Position numbers and translations under genes: made by a program
The notes under the pieces: generated by a model
Databases searched by the model: none
What the model saw: the letters and a program-made list of their open reading frames with translations, nothing else
Told to the model about the DNA's origin: nothing
Source of the DNA: an uncultured Bacillota bacterium
Lineage (GTDB): Bacteria > Bacillota_I > Bacilli_A > RF39 > UBA660
DNA: 64,000 nucleotides
Assembly: GCA_947165005.1 (NCBI GenBank)
Contig: CAMUYN010000004.1
Span: forward strand, 1,927-65,926
Reading direction: 5' to 3'
In this document: one piece after another, positions 61,617 to 64,000 of the stretch
How the letters are laid out: every line of letters begins with the position of its first letter
Position numbering within the stretch: the first letter of the stretch is position 1

Positions 61617-62027
61617 ATGGCTGAAACAAAAGTAATAAAAGTAAATAAAACAATAACTGGCTTAGAATTAAAATTTGAGGTATTATTAGTATATTTATTA
61701 TGCTTTTTAGGATTTATATTTGCATTTATGAAGGATGAAAAAGTATCAAGAGATGCAAGATTTCATTATAAACAATCTGGTGCTATATTTGTAGTTTGTT
61801 TAGGTATATCAATAGTTCAAGGAATCCTTGGAGCATTTGCTACTGCTCTTGTTATTACACCATTATTTGTTATATCTGTATTATTATGGATAGTAGTAGG
61901 TGTATTAAGTTTAGCAGCATTAATAGTATTCGTATTTGCTATTATTACTATTATAAAGGCATTTTATAATGAAAGATTTGAAATTCCAGTTATTATTAAA
62001 TTAGCAAATCTTATTTGGAAAGAGTAA
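61617..62027 (+). CDS. Small multi-pass membrane protein (DUF4870-like)
   Basis: Three to four hydrophobic helices and a RDARFHYKQSGAIF motif. SD AGAGGGA. Confidence 0.55.
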   Translation: MAETKVIKVNKTITGLELKFEVLLVYLLCFLGFIFAFMKDEKVSRDARFHYKQSGAIFVVCLGISIVQGILGAFATALVITPLFVISVLLWIVVGVLSLAALIVFVFAIITIIKAFYNERFEIPVIIKLANLIWKE

Positions 62028-62040
62028 AGTAAAATATAAA

Positions 62041-62066
62041 AAGAAGAAAATAGTTCTTCTTTTTTA
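62041..62066 (+). terminator. Rho-independent terminator
   Basis: Stem aagaagaa/ttcttctt followed by a T-run. TGaTATAAT follows at about 62074. Confidence 0.7.
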
Positions 62067-62094
62067 TTTGCTGTGATATAATTAAATAGGTGAT

Positions 62095-63165
62095 ATGATG
62101 AGAGTAATAATATCTGCAGGTGGATCAGGTGGACATATTTATCCAGCCTTAGCAATTATTAACAAAATTAAGGAACATGATAAAGATGCAGAATTTTTAT
62201 ATATAGGTACAACTACTAGAATGGAAAAAGACATAATACCAAGTCACAATATTAATTATGTTGGTCTTGATACTTATGGCTTACAGAGAAAGATTACACT
62301 TAATAATATAAAAGTTATATTTAAATTTCTAGGAGCAATAAATAAAGCAAAAAGAATTATAAAAGAATTTAAACCAGATATTGTAATTGGATGTGGTGGT
62401 TATGTTATGGCCCCAGTTATTTATGCTGCAAAAAAATGTGGCGTTAAAACATTAGTCCATGAACAAAATAGTGTGCTTGGTTTATCAAATAAATTGATGC
62501 TTAAATATACAGATACATTATGTACATCATTTAAGAGTATGAAGTTAGATAATGTTAATGTAGTATATACTGGTAATCCTCAAGGTGATAGTGTATATAA
62601 TTTGATCCCTTATTCAAAAAGAAAATTCGGATTAACTGATAATAAAAAACTAGTTTTAATAGTAATGGGATCTCAAGGGTCTAAAACAGTTAATGAAGTA
62701 TTAAAAAATTCTTTGACTAAGTTTGATAATAGTTATGAAGTATTAATCGTAACCGGAAAAGATTATTATGATAGTTATAAACAAATAAAAAGAAATAGTA
62801 ATGTTTTTGTTGAACCATTTATTGATAACCTAAATAGATTATTTAGTAAAACTGATTTACTTGTATCAAGAGCAGGAGCAACAACAATTAGTGAATTAAT
62901 AGGAACTAATACTCCGACAATACTTATACCAAGCCCTTATGTTACTGAAAATCATCAATATAAAAATGCTATGGACTTGGTAAAAAATAATGCGGCAAGA
63001 ATAATCGAGGAAAAGGATTTAACAACAGATAATCTAATTAACGAAATAAATGATTTGATACATGATGATAAAACATTAAAAGAGATGAAATCTAATTTAA
63101 AAAAATTAGAAATTCACGATGCTGGAGAAAAGATTTATACTGAAATAGAAAAGTTGGTGAAGTAA
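62095..63165 (+). CDS. murG: UDP-N-acetylglucosamine--N-acetylmuramyl-(pentapeptide) pyrophosphoryl-undecaprenol GlcNAc transferase
   Basis: ISAGGSGGHIYPALAI, HEQN and SRAGATTISEL motifs. Confidence 0.9.
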   Translation: MMRVIISAGGSGGHIYPALAIINKIKEHDKDAEFLYIGTTTRMEKDIIPSHNINYVGLDTYGLQRKITLNNIKVIFKFLGAINKAKRIIKEFKPDIVIGCGGYVMAPVIYAAKKCGVKTLVHEQNSVLGLSNKLMLKYTDTLCTSFKSMKLDNVNVVYTGNPQGDSVYNLIPYSKRKFGLTDNKKLVLIVMGSQGSKTVNEVLKNSLTKFDNSYEVLIVTGKDYYDSYKQIKRNSNVFVEPFIDNLNRLFSKTDLLVSRAGATTISELIGTNTPTILIPSPYVTENHQYKNAMDLVKNNAARIIEEKDLTTDNLINEINDLIHDDKTLKEMKSNLKKLEIHDAGEKIYTEIEKLVK

Positions 63166-64000
63166 ATGATAGAAAAAGAAAATGTAAAATTAAATGAGAG
63201 TTTAAAAGAACACACAACTTATAAAGTAGGTGGTACTTGTAAATATTTTATTACCCCTAAAGACATTGATGGATTGATAGATTTATTAAAATATTTAAGA
63301 AAAAATAACATTAAGTATATGATACTAGGTAATGGATCAAATACAATTTTTTCTTCATCAGAATATGATGGCGTAATAATAAATTTATGTAATTTGAATT
63401 CTATGGTAATTGAAGATAACAAAATATACGTTGAAGCAGGTTATCAATTAATAAAGCTATCAATGGATGCTCTAAATAATAGCTTAAGCGGATTAGAATT
63501 TGCAGCTGGGATACCTGGAAATGTAGGTGGAGCAATATTTATGAATGCTGGAGCTTATAAAAGTGATATGTCTAATCTTATTAAAACTGTTACTTTTTTA
63601 GATGAAAATCTTGAACTAAAGACACTTAAAAATGAAGAATTAGATTTTTCTTATAGAAAGAGTTTATTTCAAAGTAAGGATTATATAATAATTAGTGCTG
63701 TATTAGAACTAACTCCAGGTAAAAAGGAAGAAATCAAGGATTTAATGGATAGACGTAAGGAAAGAAGAATTGAATCTCAACCGCTTGATTATCCTTCTGC
63801 TGGGTCTGTATTTAGAAATCCAAGCGAAGATGTTTTTGCAGGGAAATTAATTGAAGATCTAGGTTTAAAAGGATATCAGATTGGTGGAGCTAAGATATCA
63901 GAAAAACATGCTAATTTTATCATTAATGTAGGTGATGCTACAGGAGAAGATATTAAAGAATTAATAGATTTAGTTAAAGTAAAAGTAAAAGAAAAATATA
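63166..64000 (+). CDS. murB: UDP-N-acetylenolpyruvoylglucosamine reductase, N-terminal ~278 codons (3' end beyond window)
   Basis: This gene is not in the supplied track. ATG 63166 abuts the murG stop. My translation reads MIEKENVKLNESLKEHTTYKVGGTCKYFITP...ILGNGSNTIF...GLEFAAGIPGNVGGAIFMNAGAY...SAGSVFRNP, open to the window end. Confidence 0.88.
   Translation, partial: MIEKENVKLNESLKEHTTYKVGGTCKYFITPKDIDGLIDLLKYLRKNNIKYMILGNGSNTIFSSSEYDGVIINLCNLNSMVIEDNKIYVEAGYQLIKLSMDALNNSLSGLEFAAGIPGNVGGAIFMNAGAYKSDMSNLIKTVTFLDENLELKTLKNEELDFSYRKSLFQSKDYIIISAVLELTPGKKEEIKDLMDRRKERRIESQPLDYPSAGSVFRNPSEDVFAGKLIEDLGLKGYQIGGAKISEKHANFIINVGDATGEDIKELIDLVKVKVKEKY

Noticed and set aside
1-64000. CRISPR arrays, IS elements, rRNA operons, toxin-antitoxin pairs, restriction-modification or other defence systems.
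   Set aside because: I looked for regularly spaced direct repeats, terminal inverted repeats, DDE, HNH or serine-recombinase motifs, and small overlapping gene pairs. I found none beyond the intragenic protein repeats already listed.

Overview
This is a very AT-rich chromosomal segment (by eye well under 35% G+C; not computed). It most likely comes from a low-GC, spore-forming Bacillota: sigG, ylmC/ymxH, Coat-F-like genes and SpoVD/SpoVE-like genes are present. TAA, TAG and TGA all terminate ORFs, so the code is table 11. Nearly all genes lie on the + strand.

Housekeeping content:
- murF (5' truncated by the window) and ddl, then holA, gpmI, a TtcA-like PP-loop ATPase and a GDPD.
- A T-box leader in front of aspS-gatCAB.
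- An L,D-transpeptidase, a Rel homolog, sigG-ylmC, rnc, a Nudix hydrolase, smc and a CBS-type family II pyrophosphatase.
- A partial dcw cluster: class B PBP, mraY, ftsW, a small membrane protein, murG and murB. murB runs off the 3' edge and is absent from the supplied ORF track.
- Four solitary tRNA genes: Asn-GTT, Leu-CAA (minus strand), Gln-CTG and Ser-GCT. Each appears to have its own promoter and terminator.

I found no rRNA, CRISPR array, transposase, integrase or phage genes.

The accessory content is two loci for giant surface proteins, about 24.4 kb or roughly 38% of the window:
1. A tightly packed four-gene operon at 9417..22415 encoding proteins of 1533, 185, 2384 and 217 aa.
2. A single 3798-aa gene at 35957..47353.

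Main observations:
- Both wall-anchor candidates end in the same non-LPXTG tripartite signal ([N/Q]IQTG, then a hydrophobic helix, then a K/R tail). No sortase gene is in the window.
- The 3798-aa protein carries an ALK/LTK-type glycine-rich domain, three tandem copies of an unassigned ~140-aa domain, and five beta-helix-like modules. Two of those modules share ~89% identical DNA exactly 1425 nt (475 codons) apart.
- The aspS-gatCAB T-box appears to carry an Asn (AAC) specifier.
- There is a compact ~266-aa MetK-like protein.
- The Rel homolog has Gln in place of the catalytic Glu of the synthetase ExQIRT motif.
- An SDR gene is interrupted by a single in-frame TAA.

All domain assignments come from motif recognition by eye; no database search was run.
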